From contig NC_086097.1 of the NCBI RefSeq assembly GCF_963921235.1, positions 254,574,001 to 254,638,000 on the forward strand: DNA of 64,000 nt. Reading direction: 5' to 3'. This stretch comes from Mobula hypostoma (taxonomy: Eukaryota). Position 1 is the stretch's first letter; every line of letters starts with the position of its first letter. Below the pieces are notes generated by a model. The model saw only the letters and a list, made by a program, of their open reading frames with translations. It did no database searches and was not told where the DNA came from. Positions 23,529 to 36,218 of the stretch are shown piece by piece. The position numbers were made by a program, and so were the translations under genes.

Positions 23529-26500
23529 GGATGCTTGAAGTACAGGAGATTCCGGGAGATGTGCCTCTCATAAACAGGTTCATCCTCTTGGAAGCTGTCG
23601 GGACAGAAGACAGTGCCAGTCTGAGAGTCAACAATTGGTGCTGAGGTAAAGCCGAGGAGACAGACATCAGGCAGAGCCGTGGTAGTAGGGGACTCCATAG
23701 TGAGAGGTACAGAAAGGGGTTTCTGTGGCAACAGGCGAGATTTAAGGATGGTGTGTTGCCTCCCTGGTGCCAGGATCCAGGACGTCACGGACCGATTACA
23801 AGGAATCCTCAAAGGTGAAGGAGGACATCCGGAAGTGGTGATGCATGTCGGCACAAATGACGTGGGGAAGAACGGGAAAGACATTCTACAGTGTGACTTC
23901 AGAGAACTCGGAAAAAGGCTGAAAAGCAGGACTTCCAGGGTGGTTACCTCCGGTTTGCTTCCAGTTCCCCGTGCTGGAGCGGGCAAGAACAGAGAGATAA
24001 TGGATCTGAATGTGTGGCTGAGGAACTGGTGCAGGAAGCAAGGATTTACATTCTTGGAGGACTGGGGTATGTTTCGGGGTAAGGATAAATTGTACAAAAG
24101 GGACGGGCTGCACCTTAATAAGCGGGCACCAGCATTCTGGCAGGCAGGTTTGCCTCTGCAACATGGGTGTGTTTAAACTAAGTAGTGGGGGGGAGGGGAT
24201 GAACTGGAAACATAAGGATGGAGATAAAGGGAAAGTGAGAGTAAGTTCAGGGAGACAGCAGAATCAACAGAGCAGAAAGCTCAAGAGGGGATCGTACAGT
24301 ATGGCCAAGTGAAATAGGAACTGATATGGGAGGTGAGGGTACTAATGAATTAAAAGTATTGAATATGAATGCACGGAGTATAAGAAATAAAGCTTGAGGC
24401 ACAGTTGGAAATTGGTAAGTATGATGTTGTGGGAATAACAGAGACATGGATTCAAGTGGACAGGGCCTGGGGAATGAATATTCAAGGTTATACATCCTAT
24501 CGAAAGGACAGACTGATGGGCAGAGGGGGTGGGGTGGCTCTGTTGGTGGGGAATGATTTTCAGTCCCTTGTGAGGGGGGACATAGAATCAGGAGACGTAG
24601 AGTCAGTATGGATAGAACTGAGACATTCTAAGGGTAGAAAGACCCTAATGGGAGTTATCTACAGGCCCCCAAACAGTAGTCTGGATGTAGGGTGTAAGTT
24701 GAATCAAGAGTTAAAATTGGCATGTCGCAAAGGTAATGCTACAGATGGTATGGGGGACTTCAACATGCAGGTAGACTGGAGGAATCAGGTTGGTGCTGGA
24801 CCCCAAGAAAGGGAGTTTGTGGAGTCCCTCCGAGATGGATTCTTAGAACAGCTTGTACTGGAGCCTACCAGGGAGAACACAATTCTAGATTTGGTGTTGT
24901 GCAATGAACCGGATTTGATCAGGGACCTCGAGGTAAAGGAGCCATTAGGAGGCAGTGACCATCATATGATAAGTTTTAATCTACAATTTGAGAGGGAGAA
25001 GGGAAACTCGGAAGTGTCAGTATTACAACTGAACAAAGGGAACTATGGTGCTATGAGGGAGGAGCTGGCCAAAGTTCAATGGAACAATACCCTAGCAGGG
25101 ATGACAGTGGAACAGCAATGGCAAGTGTTTCTGGGAATAATGCAGAAGGTGCAGGGTCAGTTTGTTCCAAAGAGGAAGAAAGATCCTAAGGGGAGTAAGG
25201 GGAGGCGGTGGCTGACAAGGGAAGTAATGGACAGCATAAAAATAAAAGAGAAGAAGTATAACAAAGTATAGCAAAGATGAGGGGGAAGCTGGAGGATTGG
25301 AAATCTTTTAAAGAGGGTAACTAAAAAGGCAATACGCGGAGAAAAAATGAGGTACGAAGGTAAACTAGCCAAGAATATAAAGGAGGATAGTAAAAGCTTC
25401 TTTAGGTATGTGAAAAGGAAAAAAATAGTTAAGACCAAAATTGGGCCCTTGAAGACAGAAGCCAGTGAATTTATTATGGCGAACAAGGAAATGGCAGACG
25501 AGTTGAACAGGTACTTTGGATCTGTCTTCACCAGGGAAGACACAAACAATCTCCCAGATGTAATAGTGGCCAAAAGACCTAGGGTAATGAACGAATTGAA
25601 GGAAATTTATATTAGGCAGGAAATGGTGTTGGATAGGCTGTTGGGTCTGAAGGCTGATAAGTCCCCGGGGCCTGAAGGTCTGCATCCCAGGGTACTTAAG
25701 GAGGTAGCTTTAGAAATAGTGGATGCATTGGTAATCATTTTCCAATGTTCTATAGATTCAGGATCAGTTCCTGTGGATTGGAGGGTGGCTAATGTTGTCC
25801 CTCTCTTCAAGAAAGGAGGAAGAAAGAAAACAGGGAATTATAGACCGGTTAGCCTGATGTCAGTGGTGGGAAAGATGCTGGAGTCAATTATAAAAGATGA
25901 AATTACGACACATCTGGATAGTAGTAACAGGATTGGTCCAAGTCAGCATGGATTTACGAAGGGGAAATCGTGCTTGACTAATCTTCTGGAATTTTTTTAG
26001 GATGTAACTATGAAAATGGACAAGGGAGAGCCAGTGGATGTAGTGTACCTGGACTTTCAGAAAGCCTTTGATAAAGTCCCACATAGGAGATTAGTGGGCA
26101 AAATTAGGGCACATGGTATTCGGGGCAGAGTACTGACATGGATTGAAAATTGGCTGGCTGACAGAAAACAAAGAGTAGCGATTAATGGGTCCCTTTCGGA
26201 ATGGCAGGCGGTGACCAGTGGGGTACCGCACGGTTCAGTGCTGGGACCGCAGCTGTTTACAATATATATTAATGATTTAGATGAGGGAATTAATAGTAAC
26301 ATTAGCAAATTTGCCGATGACACAAAGCTGGGAGGCAGTGTGAAATGTGAGGAGGATGTTATGAGAATGCAGGGTGACTTGGACAGGCTGGGTGAGTGGG
26401 CAGATGCATGGCAGATACAGTTTAATGTGGATAAATGTGAAGTTATCCACTTTGGCGGTAAGAACGGGAAGGCAGATTATTATCTAAATGGAGTCAAGTT

Positions 26501-27237
26501 AGGAAAAGGGGAAGTACAACGAGATCTAGGTGTTCTGGTGCATCAGTCACTGAAAGCAAGCATGCAAGTACAGCAGGCAGTGAAAAAAGCTAATGGCATG
26601 CTGGCCTTCATAACAAGGGGAATTGAGTATAAGAGCAAAGAAGTCCTTCTGCAGCTGTACAGGGCCCTGGTGAGACCACACCTGGAGTACTGTGTGCAGT
26701 TTTGGTCTCCAAATTTGAGGAAGGACATTCTTGCTATTGAGAGAGTGCAGCGTAAGTTCACAAGGTTAATTCCCGGGATGGCGGGACTGTTATATGTCGA
26801 AAGATTGGAGCGACTGGGCTTGTATACTCTGGAATTTAGAAGGCTGAGAGGGGATCTTATTGAAACATATAAGACTATTAAGGGATTGGATATGCTGGAG
26901 GCAGGAAGCATGTTCCCACTGATGGGTGAGTCCAGAACCAGAGGCCACAGTTTAAGAATTAGGAGTAGGCCGTTTACAACAGAGTTGAGGAAAAACTTTT
27001 TCACCCAGAGAGTGGTGGATATATGGAATGCTCTGCCCCAGAAGGCTGTGGAGGCCAAGTCTCTGGATGCTTTCAAGAAAGAGATGGATAGAGCTCTTAA
27101 AGATAGCAGAATCAAAGGTTATGGGGATAAGGCAGGAACTGGATACTGATAGTGGATGATCAGCCATGATCACAGTGAATGGCGGTGCTGGCTTGAAGGG
27201 CCAAATGGCCTATTCCTGCACCTATTGTCTATTGTCT
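23529..27237 (+). mobile_element. Near full-length CR1 LINE with SGNH/GDSL esterase ORF1 and disrupted APE-RT ORF2
   Basis: ORF1 has VVGDSIVRG, LPGARI, HVGTND and DGLHLN. ORF2 has APE (GITETW, YRPP, GDFN, SDH) and RT (PHGSVLGP, FADD), with frameshifts and a TAG at ~26000. The tail is (CTATTGT)n. Confidence 0.95.
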
Positions 27238-27419
27238 ATTCACCAGGCTCTAATCTCCTGGTTTCTGTTTGTAGCCTTTTTCAGACACATTGGCAATCCT
27301 CCAATCCTCTGGTACCTTTCCTGTTGCTAAGTATGTTCTCTGCTAGGGCCCTGGCAATTTCTGCACTTGCCTTCCATAGGGCCCAAGGGAAAACCTTGTC
27401 AGGCCCTAAATGTGCAATG

Positions 27420-28038
27420 TGCAATTTATAGTAATTTATAATAAATATTATGTACAACAGGACAGTCAATATAACATAGAAATACAGCTGTGTTAGCATG
27501 AATTAATCAGTCTGATGGCCTGGTGGAAGAAGCTGTCCCGGAGCCTGTTGGTCCTGGCTTTTATGCTGAGGTACCGTTTCCCGAATGGTAGCAGCTGGAA
27601 CAGTTTGTGGGTTGGGGTGACTCGGATCCCCAATGATAATTCGGGCCCTTTTTACACACCTGTCTTTGTAAATGTCCTGAATAGTGGGAAGTTCACACCT
27701 ACAAATGTGCTGAGCATGCCAGGCAGTGATGCAGCCAGTCAGGCTGCTCTCAATTGTGCCGCTGTGGAAAGTTCTTAGGATTTGGGGGCCCATACCAAAC
27801 CTCTTCAACCGTCTGAGGTGAAAGAGATGCTGTTGTGCTTTTATCACCACACGGCCAGTGTGTACAGACCACATGAGAACCTCTGTGATGTGTATGCGGA
27901 GGAACTTAAAGTTGTTCACCTTCTCAACCCCTGATCCATTGATGTCAATAGGGGTTAGCCTGTCTTCATTCCTCCTGTAGTCCACAACCAGCTCCTTTGT
28001 TTTTATGCCATTGAGGGAGAGGTTGTTTTCTTGACACA
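27420..28038 (-). mobile_element. Rex1/Babar-type LINE 3' fragment
   Basis: NNLSLN..KTKELVVDYRR and FHLRRLKRFG motifs. Confidence 0.85.
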
Positions 28039-29000
28039 ATAGGTCTACGGCAGACGCGATCTCATTGGCTCTTCGTGCCTAGACAATACTAATACCTATG
28101 TCAGGCTGCTGTTCATTGACTACAGCTCAGTACTTAACACAATCATTCCTACAGTTCTGATCAAAATCTGGGCCTTTGTACCTCCCTCTACAACTGTATC
28201 CCCGCCTTCCTAACTGAAAGACCACAATGTGTAGATTAGAAATAACATCTCATCCTTACTGACCCTCAACACGGGCACACCTCAGGGATATGTGCTTAGC
28301 CCACTGCTCTACTCTCTCTACATCCATGACTGTGTGGCTCTTTATAGCTCAAATGCCATCTATAAATTTTCTGATGACACAACTATTGTTAGCAGAATTT
28401 CAGACGGGCACTCTCAAATTTGTACTCAACATCAGTAAAACCACAGAACTTCAGAACGGGTAAGGCCCTCGAGGGGACACACTCGTCCTCATAGAGGGAT
28501 CAGAAGTGGGCAGAGTGAGCAGGAAAGCAGTTATATTTCATCAGGAGCTTGACGAGATTCAGTACGTCAACAAAGACATTCACAAATTTCTACAGATGTA
28601 CCATGGAGAGCATTCTAACTGGCTGCATCACCATCTAGTGTGGAGTGGGGAGGCTACTGCACAGGATCGAAATAAGCTGCAGAAAGTTGCAAAAGAAGTC
28701 AGCTCCATCTTGGGAACTAGACTCCGAAGTACTCGGGATGTCTTCAAGAAGCAGTGCCTCAAAAAGGTGGTATCCAGCACCCAGGACAGCCCTTTTCTCA
28801 CTGTTACATCAGGGAGGAGCTACAGGAGCCTGAAGGCACACACTCAGTGATTCAGGAACAGCTTCTTCCCCTCTGCCATCCGATTTCTGATGGACATTAG
28901 ACCCATGAACACTGCCTCACTACTTTTTTTTTAATTTCTATTGTTGCACTACTTGTTTAATTAAACTACTTTATATGTACACTTACTGTAATTCATGTTT
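28038..29000 (+). mobile_element. Rex1/Babar-type LINE RT-to-3' fragment, degenerate
   Basis: YVRLLFIDYSS, TGTPQGYVLSPLLYSLY and KFSDDT in broken frames. Confidence 0.8.
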
Positions 29001-29004
29001 TCAT

Positions 29005-29765
29005 AGTCATAGTCATACTTTATTGATCCCGAGGGAAATTGGGTTTCGTTACAGTTGCACCAACCAAGAACAGAGCATAAATATAGCAATGCAAAACCAT
29101 AAATAATTAAATAATATGTAAATTATGCCAGGAAATAAGTCCAGGACCAGCCTATTGGCTCAGGCTGTCTGACCCTCAAAGGGAGGAGTTGTAAAGTTTG
29201 ATGGCCACAGGAGGAATGACTTCCTATGACACTGTGTGTTGCATCTCGGTGGAATGAGTCTCTGGCTGAATGTACTCCTGTGCTCAACCAGTACATTATG
29301 TAGTGGATGGAAGACATTGTCCAAGATGGCATGCAACTTGGACAGCATCCTCTTTTCAGACACCACCGTGAGAGTCCAGTTCCATCCCCACAACATCATT
29401 GGCCTTACGAATGAGTTTGTTGATTCTGTTGGTGTCTGCTACCCTCAGCCTGCTGCCCCAGCACACAACAGCAAACATGATCGCACTGGCCACCACAGAC
29501 TCGTAGAGCATCCTCAGCATCGTCCAGCAGATGTTCAAGGACCTCAGTCTCCTCAGGAAATAGAGAGCTCTGACCCTTCTTGTAGACAGCCTCAGTGTTC
29601 TTTGACCAGTCCAGTTTATTGCCAATTTGTATCCCCAGGTATTTGTAATCCTCCACCATGTCCACACTGACCCCCTGGATGAAAACAGGGGTCTCCTCAG
29701 GTCCACCACCAGCTCCTTAGTCTTTTTCACATTAAGCTGCAGATAATTCTGCTCACACCATGTGA
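29005..29765 (-). mobile_element. Rex1/Babar-type LINE 3' fragment with (CATAGT)n tail
   Basis: WCEQNYLQLNVKKTKELVVD and LYFLRRLRS motifs. Confidence 0.85.
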
Positions 29766-29789
29766 TTATGTATTGCACCGTTATATATA

Positions 29790-30082
29790 GGCATCCGTTA
29801 GTCTCGTGAAACCATAGATTTGCACCTTGGAAGGTTTCCAGAGCACAGGCCTGGGCAAGGTTGTATGGAAGACCATCAGTTGCCCATGCTGCAAGTCTAC
29901 CCTCTCCACGACACCAATGTTGTCCAAGGGAAGGGCACTAGGACCCATACAGCTTGGCACCAGTGTCGTCGCAGAGCAGTGTGTGGTTAAGTGCCTTGCT
30001 CAAGGCACAACATGCTGCCTCAGCTGAGGCTCGAACTAGCAACCTTCAGATCATTAGACTGACGCCTTAACCACTTGGCCAC
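29790..30082 (-). mobile_element. tRNA-derived SINE
   Basis: Minus-strand A box TGGCCAAGTGG and B box GTTCGAGCC, followed by CCTTGAGCAAGGCACTTAAC. Confidence 0.75.
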
Positions 30083-30119
30083 TGTACTGCCGCTGCAAAA
30101 CAACAAATTTCATGATATA

Positions 30120-30950
30120 TGCGGTGAAGGCTGGGGTGGGGTTCTGAGTTGGATGATCAGCCATGATCATAATAAATGGCGGTGCAGGCTCAAAGGGCCG
30201 AATGGCCTACTCCTGCACCTATTTTCTATGTTTCTATGTTTCTATAACAACCACACACTCAATGTCAGCAAGATCAAGGAGCTAATAATAATTTAGGAGG
30301 AGGAGTTTGGAGGTCCATGAGCCAGTCCTCATCGGAGCATCAGAGGTGGAGAGGGTCAGCAACTTTAAATTCCTCATTTCAGAGGATCTGTCCTGGGCCC
30401 ACCTCACAAGTGCAATCACAAAAACAGCCTGGCAGTGCTTCTACTCCCTTAGAAATTTGTGAAGATTCTGCATGATATCTAAAACTTTGACAAACTTCTA
30501 TCGATGTGTAGTGGAAAGTACTGACTGGCTGCATCACAGCCTGGTATGGAAACACCAAAGCCCGGGAAGAGTCTGCAAAAAGTAGAGGATGAAGCCCAGT
30601 CCATCAAGAGTAAAAACCTCCCCACCATTGAAAATATCTACATGAAATATTGTCACAGGTAAGCACCATCGATCGTCAAGGACCCCCACCACACAGCCCA
30701 TGCCCTCTTCTTACTGTTGCCATCAGGAAGAACGTACAGGAGCCTCAGGACTCTCCACCAGGTTCAGGAACAGTTATTACCCCATAGCCATCAGGCTCGT
30801 GAACCAGGGGCATAACTACACTGAACTGTTCCCACAACCAATGGGCTCACTTTCAACAACTCTTCATCTCATCTTCTCAATATTTATTGCTTATTTATTT
30901 ATTATTATATTTTTTCTTTCATAATTGCACAGTTTGTTGTCTCTTGGAAT
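30120..30950 (+). mobile_element. Short young CR1 tail (30120-30245) followed by a Rex1/Babar-type 3' fragment
   Basis: (TTTCTATG)n tail, then LNVSKIKELII and TRFRNSYYPIAIRL. Confidence 0.75.
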
Positions 30951-32428
30951 TAGAACAGGCATGTCAAAAAGATAAAAGCAAAAGGGAAGGCATACAACAA
31001 TGCAAAAATTAGTGGAAAGACAATGAATTGGGAAGCTTTTAAAAACCTACAGAGATCAACTGAAAGAATCATCAGGAGGTAAAAGTTGAAATATGAAAAT
31101 AAGCTAGCAAATAATATCAAAGTAGATAGTAAAACATTTTCCAAGTTTGTCAAAACTAAAAGAGAGATGCAAGTGGATATGGCACGCTAAAAAATGAGGC
31201 CAAGGAAATAACAGGGGACAGGGAGATGGCAGATGAACTAAATGAGTATTTTGCATCAGTCTTCACAGTGGAAGACACGAGCAGTGTGCCAGGCATTGAA
31301 GGGTGTGGGGGAAGAGAAGTGAATGCAGTTACTATTACAAGGGAGAAAGATGCTGAAAGACCTGAGGGTACACAAGTCACCCGGACCAGAAGAAATGAAG
31401 GAAGTATCTGTAGTGATTGTGCAAGCATGGGTAATGATCTTACAATAATCTTTGGACTCTAGCATGACGCCAAAGGACTGCAAAATAGCAAATGTCACTC
31501 CACTCTTTAAGAAAGGAGGAAGACAGCAGAAAGGAAATTATAGACCAGTTAGTCTGAACTCAGTGGTTGGGAAGGTGTTGGAATCAATTGTTAAGGATGA
31601 GGTTATGGAGTACTTGGTGATACATGACAAGATAGGACAAAGTCAGCATGGTTTCCTTATGGGCAAAATTGCCTGATTGAGATTACAGGTAGGATACATA
31701 AAGGGGATGCAATGGACGTTGTATATTTGGACTTTCAGAAGGCATTCGACAGGGTGCCACAAGTGAGGCTGCTTACAAGTTAAGAGCCCATGGTATTACA
31801 TGAAAGTTACTAACATGGTTAGAGCTTTGGCTGATTGGTAGGAGGCAGCGAGTGGGAATAAAAGGATCCTTTTCTGGTTGGCTGCCAGTGACTAGTGGTG
31901 TTCCACAGGGGTGGGTGCTAAGATTGCTTCTTTTTATGCGGTATAGCAATGATTTAGATGGCTATGCTGCCAAGTTTGCAGATGATACAAGAACCAGTGG
32001 AGCGGCAGGTAAATGGCTCAGGGTCTATACTCGCTGGAGTTGAAAAGGATGAGGGGGGATCTCACCGAAACCTTTCGCATGTTGAAAGGCCTAGACAGAG
32101 TAGATGTGGAAAGGATGTTTCCCATGGTGGAGGAGTCTAGAACAAGAGGGCACAGCCTCAGGATAGAGGCGTGTCTATTTAAAACAGAGATATGGCGAAA
32201 TTCCTTTAATCAGAGGATGGTGAATTTGTGGAGTTTATTTCCACAGGTTGTTGGGTGTATTTAAGGCCAAGGATCTTAATTGCACACGGCAGCAAAGGTT
32301 ATGGGGAGAAGGCCGGGGAGTGGAGTGGAGCTGAGGAGGGATAAAAGGGACCAACGTGATTGAACGGCAGAGCAGACTCGATGGGCCAAATGGTCTAAAT
32401 CTACTCCTCTGTGTTATGGTCTTATGGA
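30950..32428 (+). mobile_element. CR1 LINE ORF2-to-3' fragment with internal deletions
   Basis: MADELNEYFASVFT, GNYRPVSL, GVPQG and FADD motifs plus 3' UTR. Confidence 0.9.
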
Positions 32429-32539
32429 AAGTAACTGCTTTTGTCCTGGCGTTGATGCTATGTACCCTGAAGGGAGTGGGACAAACAGTCCATGAGCAGA
32501 GTGCGTGCGATTCTTCATAAAAACACTTTCTCTATCTCA

Positions 32540-32712
32540 CAAACAAGAGAAAATCTGCAGGTGCTGGAAATCCAAGCAACACACTCAGAATGCAGACTTG
32601 GCAGCGTTTGTGGAAAGACAGTATAGTTAACGTTTCGGGTTGAGACATTTCATCAGGACTTTCCCGTTGGTGCTGCCTGGCCTGCTGAGCTCCCCCAGCA
32701 CTGTGTGTGTGT
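32540..32712. mobile_element. Inverted Penelope-like terminal fragments with a degenerate hammerhead (minus strand, 32625-32660)
   Basis: Minus strand reads AGTC-CTGATGA-AATGTCTCAACCC-GAAAC-GTT-AACT. Confidence 0.65.
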
Positions 32713-33106
32713 GACGTTCTTTATATCTGTTGTTTTGATTCTCAGCAAAACCACATGGTGTAGTTAATAAACTTAACTACAATCTTACCTTTCAAGGCTA
32801 TACTCACTTTAAGTTTTATTGTAAACAACGTCATGTACTTAATATTGAGATAAGAATTAACTACTTTTTTCACATTGACAGGGTGCCATAAGCATTGTTA
32901 CACAGGTGCGATTGTCCATCCCAGCGTCAGTTCATGTTTAGAGAAAGTACATTTCCTTCAGCTGTTGATAATTTATCTTGTACTTTTGCATTTTTATGGT
33001 TTCTGTGGCGCAGATCACAGCTGATTCATGTCTGTGCACAGTCCCCACTGCACTGATAGTTTACCATCTCAACTGGGCAACAGAACCTGTGGTAGTTGAG
33101 ATATGA

Positions 33107-34111
33107 TACACTCAGTGGCCACTTCGTCAGCTACTCATTAATCAAATATCTAATCAGTCAATCACGTGGCAGGAACTCAATGCATAAAAGCCGTCAGACA
33201 TGGTCAAGAGGTTTAGTTGTTGTTCAGAACAGACATCAGAATGGGGAAATAAATGTGTGGACTCTTTTCTAAAAGGGGGAGAAAATCCAGGAACCTGAGA
33301 TGCAGATGTCGACCTGGCCCTACGTCCTGTTTCCAAGGAGGGGTCCCGGATCTGCGTTCCTGTCTCCCTTGACCAAGTCAAAGCTTCGTGTTCTCTTCCT
33401 GTCCATGTGCCTCGCCCAACCCAGGAGTACCTCGCCCAGCCCAGTGCTGGGGTTCCCTTGTCCTGTCCAAGCCATGTCCAAAAACCTCGTCCTGTCCAAG
33501 CCACGTCCAAGAACCTCATCCTGTCCAAGCCACGTCCAAGAACCTTGTCCTGTCCAAGCCACATCCAAGAACCTCAGTTCCACGTCCTGTTCTGTAGCCA
33601 TACCCTGTCCTTGCCAAGATCCTAGCCACGAGTCCTAGCCTAGACCCGGGTTCTGGTTCCGAGTCAAGGCCCAGATTCCAAGTCCCGACCAAGACCCAGG
33701 TTCTGGGTCCTTGGTCTAGGCTCTGGTTCCGGAGTTCCGTGTCACTAGTCCAGGCTCCTTGTTCCTAGATCCACGTCCAGGTCCCGTGTCTCTTGTCCAA
33801 GTCCTAGCCCAGGCCCTGAATCCTTGTCTCATCCAGGGCCTGTGTCAATGTCCAGCGTCATTTCTTCCCCTCTTCCCTTGCTGCCGTTACTAACCTAGTC
33901 CTGTTCCTTATACTCCAGTGTCTGTGTCTTGCATTTGGGTCCGCTCCCAGCGCCCGGCTATGACACTGGGGCTGAGTGGGAATTGGATAAGCCATGATGA
34001 AATGGCGGAGCAGACTCAATGGGCCAAATGGCTTAATTTGCTCTTATATCTTATGGGCTTTATTAGATACAGGATGTACAGGAGGTAATAATTACATGGC
34101 CACTGAGTGTA
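33107..34111 (+). mobile_element. Tc1/mariner-type relic bounded by TIRs, carrying an LTR-like segment and a CR1 tail
   Basis: Perfect 15-bp inverted repeats TACACTCAGTGGCCA / TGGCCACTGAGTGTA, including the terminal TA. Confidence 0.7.
33256..33965. mobile_element. LTR-like segment with an internal ~30-bp tandem repeat
   Basis: TGT...TGACA ends, and GTCCAAGCCACGTCCAAGAACCTCGTCCT-like units at ~33455-33575. Confidence 0.55.
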
Positions 34112-34214
34112 AATTAAATACAACTTGATGCACGGAAGTTGCTCTCTTCTGATTGGAACCACGAAGTGATAAACTTCAAACCTACACAGACTGACACTGA
34201 TCTCTAAATGTGCC

Positions 34215-34552
34215 AGGCTGGAATAGGAGGCCCTCCACTGGTTGAGATCAGCCACGGATGTTGCATCCCAGCTGCCTACGTTGCGGAGGCAAGGCAGGGC
34301 ACTATGATATGAAGAGCGAACTTTTGCCCATTCAGCAAGCACCCCCTCTCCACGCAGGTGCTCAATCCAAAGGATTGGCAAACACTGATACAGTTTGGGA
34401 CCAGTGGCATCGCAGGAGTTGCCAGTCAGCGTTGAACTCAATGTAGGACTCTAGCTCTTGATTTTTCCCTCAGGGTTTACCAACAAAGCCTTCCCCATGA
34501 GTGGGTTTAGATGCAATGCAGTGAGGATTGAGATCAAAGTTTTCCTTCTCCT
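34215..34552 (-). mobile_element. SINE-like or RTE-related non-autonomous element
   Basis: Shares a central block (TTGCCCAT...CCCTCTCCACG...ATACAG.TTGG.ACCAGTG.C.TCGCAG) with the SINE at 29790-30082. Confidence 0.45.
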
Positions 34553-34819
34553 TATTACTTAGGCTGGATTACATATCAGTTTAACCACCAGTCACAAGTT
34601 ACCTGCATCACCAGGTCATGACTCAGAGGGTTATAAAGCCAAAGTAAACAATGACCCACAGATCACGTTCACCATTAGAGAGTGTTTTCTTGGAACTTGA
34701 CTGGAAGTGTGACATTGGCCCATTCCCTCCGAGCGATAGACCATCTACAGCAACTCAGTAACAGCAACAAGATAATTACTCTGTTATTCTACACCTACAG
34801 GGAAATGTTACTGACACAT

Positions 34820-35035
34820 TGGGGTGCCATGGTAGCGTAGTGCTCAGCAAGATGTTATTCCAGCTTGGGACGTTGGAGTTTGAATTTAAATTCTGACCTC
34901 ATCTGTAAGTTGTCTGCGTGAACAGCCTGGGTTTCCTCTGGGTGCTCTGTTTTCCTCCTACATTCCAAAGGCAGGCCAATTAGTAGGTTAATTGATCTTT
35001 GTAAAAAATCCTATGATTAGTCTAGGGTTAAATGT
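34820..35035 (+). mobile_element. V-domain (HE1-like) SINE
   Basis: tRNA-like head and GGGTTTCCTCTGGGTGCTCTGTTTTCCTCCTACATTCCAAAG core. Confidence 0.7.
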
Positions 35036-35039
35036 CGAG

Positions 35040-35888
35040 CAGCTCCACTCCATCCACAAAACAGCAGAATTTCCCTGCAGCAAACCATATGAACTCCTAT
35101 CCCCATTCCTGTTCTGACAAGTCAGTCCATCACCTCTTCTGCCATGATGAGTTCATTCTCAGGGAGGAGGAGCAGCACCTCATATTCCCTCTGGGTAGCC
35201 TCTAACCTGATGGTATGAACACTGATTTCTCTAACTTCTGGTAATTTTTCCCTCCCCATTCCATCTTCCTCTATTCCCCACTCTGGCCTCTTACCTCCTC
35301 TCCTCACCTGCCTACCACCTCCCCCTGGTGCTCCTCCTTCTTCCCTTTCTCCCATGGTCCGTTCTCCTCTCCTATCAGATTCCTTCCCCTGTCTTCTATT
35401 CCCCTCTACGTTCTCTCACTTCTTCCAATCAGATTGCTATTCTTCAGCCCTATACCTTTCCCACCTATCACCTCTCAGTTTCTTACCTCACCCCTCCCCC
35501 ACCCACTTGGCCTCACCTAGCACCCCCTTGCTTGTCGCCCTTCCCTCCCCCCTTCTTACTCTGACTTCTCCCCTCTTCCTTTCCAGTCCTGAAGAATGGC
35601 CCTGACCCAAAATGTCGACTGTTTATTCATTTCCATAAATGCTGGGTGTATTTAAGGCAGAGCTTGATAGGATCTTGATCGAACATGGCATCAAAGGTTA
35701 GAGGGAGAAGGCCAGGAACAGGGGTTGAGGAGGAGGGAAAAGAAGGATCAGCCATGGTAGCATGGCGGAGCAGATCCGATGGGTCAGGTGGCCTAATTCT
35801 GCTCCTGTGTCTTACCGACCTGCTGAGTTCCTCCAGCACTTTGTGTGTGTTGTCTGGACTCCCAACATCTGCAGAATCTCTTGTGCTC
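35040..35888 (+). mobile_element. Penelope-like 3' fragment with a degenerate hammerhead (35584-35621), interrupted by a CR1 tail (~35642-35815)
   Basis: EEQHLIF.LGSL.PDGMN ORF end, with the terminal repeat resuming after the CR1 tail. Confidence 0.75.
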
Positions 35889-36138
35889 ATGAAACACTTA
35901 TTTCTTTACTACCTTTTTTACCAAAAACTACAAGTACTGACAAGGCCCTTGTGCTTGAAAGGATTCAGATAAACTTCATAAAATAAAAATATTCCAAAAT
36001 TATAAAAGTCATGGATTGATTATTGCAACAATTTTAAATCCAAGCTCCCATCACTGTAAACCACGTATTACATAAATATACCATAACTGAAAAATATATG
36101 AAATAAATATATTTAAATACTGTATATACATACCAAAT

Positions 36139-36218
36139 CAGGCATTCCCAACCTGCGGCCCATGAACCCCTCAGTTAATGGCAGGAGTCCATGGCACAAA
36201 AAAGGTTGGGAACCCCTG
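36139..36218. mobile_element. 80-bp hAT-type MITE
   Basis: TIRs CAGGCATTCCCAACCT / AGGTTGGGAACCCCTG and a degenerate 8-bp TSD TACCAAAT / TTCTAAAT. Confidence 0.75.

Larger units (their letters stand above)
20810..27410 (-). mobile_element. Old CR1 fragment split into 20810-21024, 23264-23528 and 27238-27410 by two younger CR1 insertions
   Basis: RT sequence is continuous across both insertion points, with direct repeats GTCTAA and ATTCA. Confidence 0.75.

Noticed and set aside
27420..29000. Twin-priming inversion of a single Rex1-type element
   Set aside because: Both arms contain the same 3' region, which fits two independent insertions better.
30020..30082. tRNA gene
   Set aside because: A and B boxes are present, but they run directly into SINE body sequence and I could not see a complete cloverleaf.
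33455..33575. ~30-bp tandem repeats resembling a CRISPR array
   Set aside because: There are no unique spacers and the context is eukaryotic; it is a minisatellite inside an LTR-like segment.
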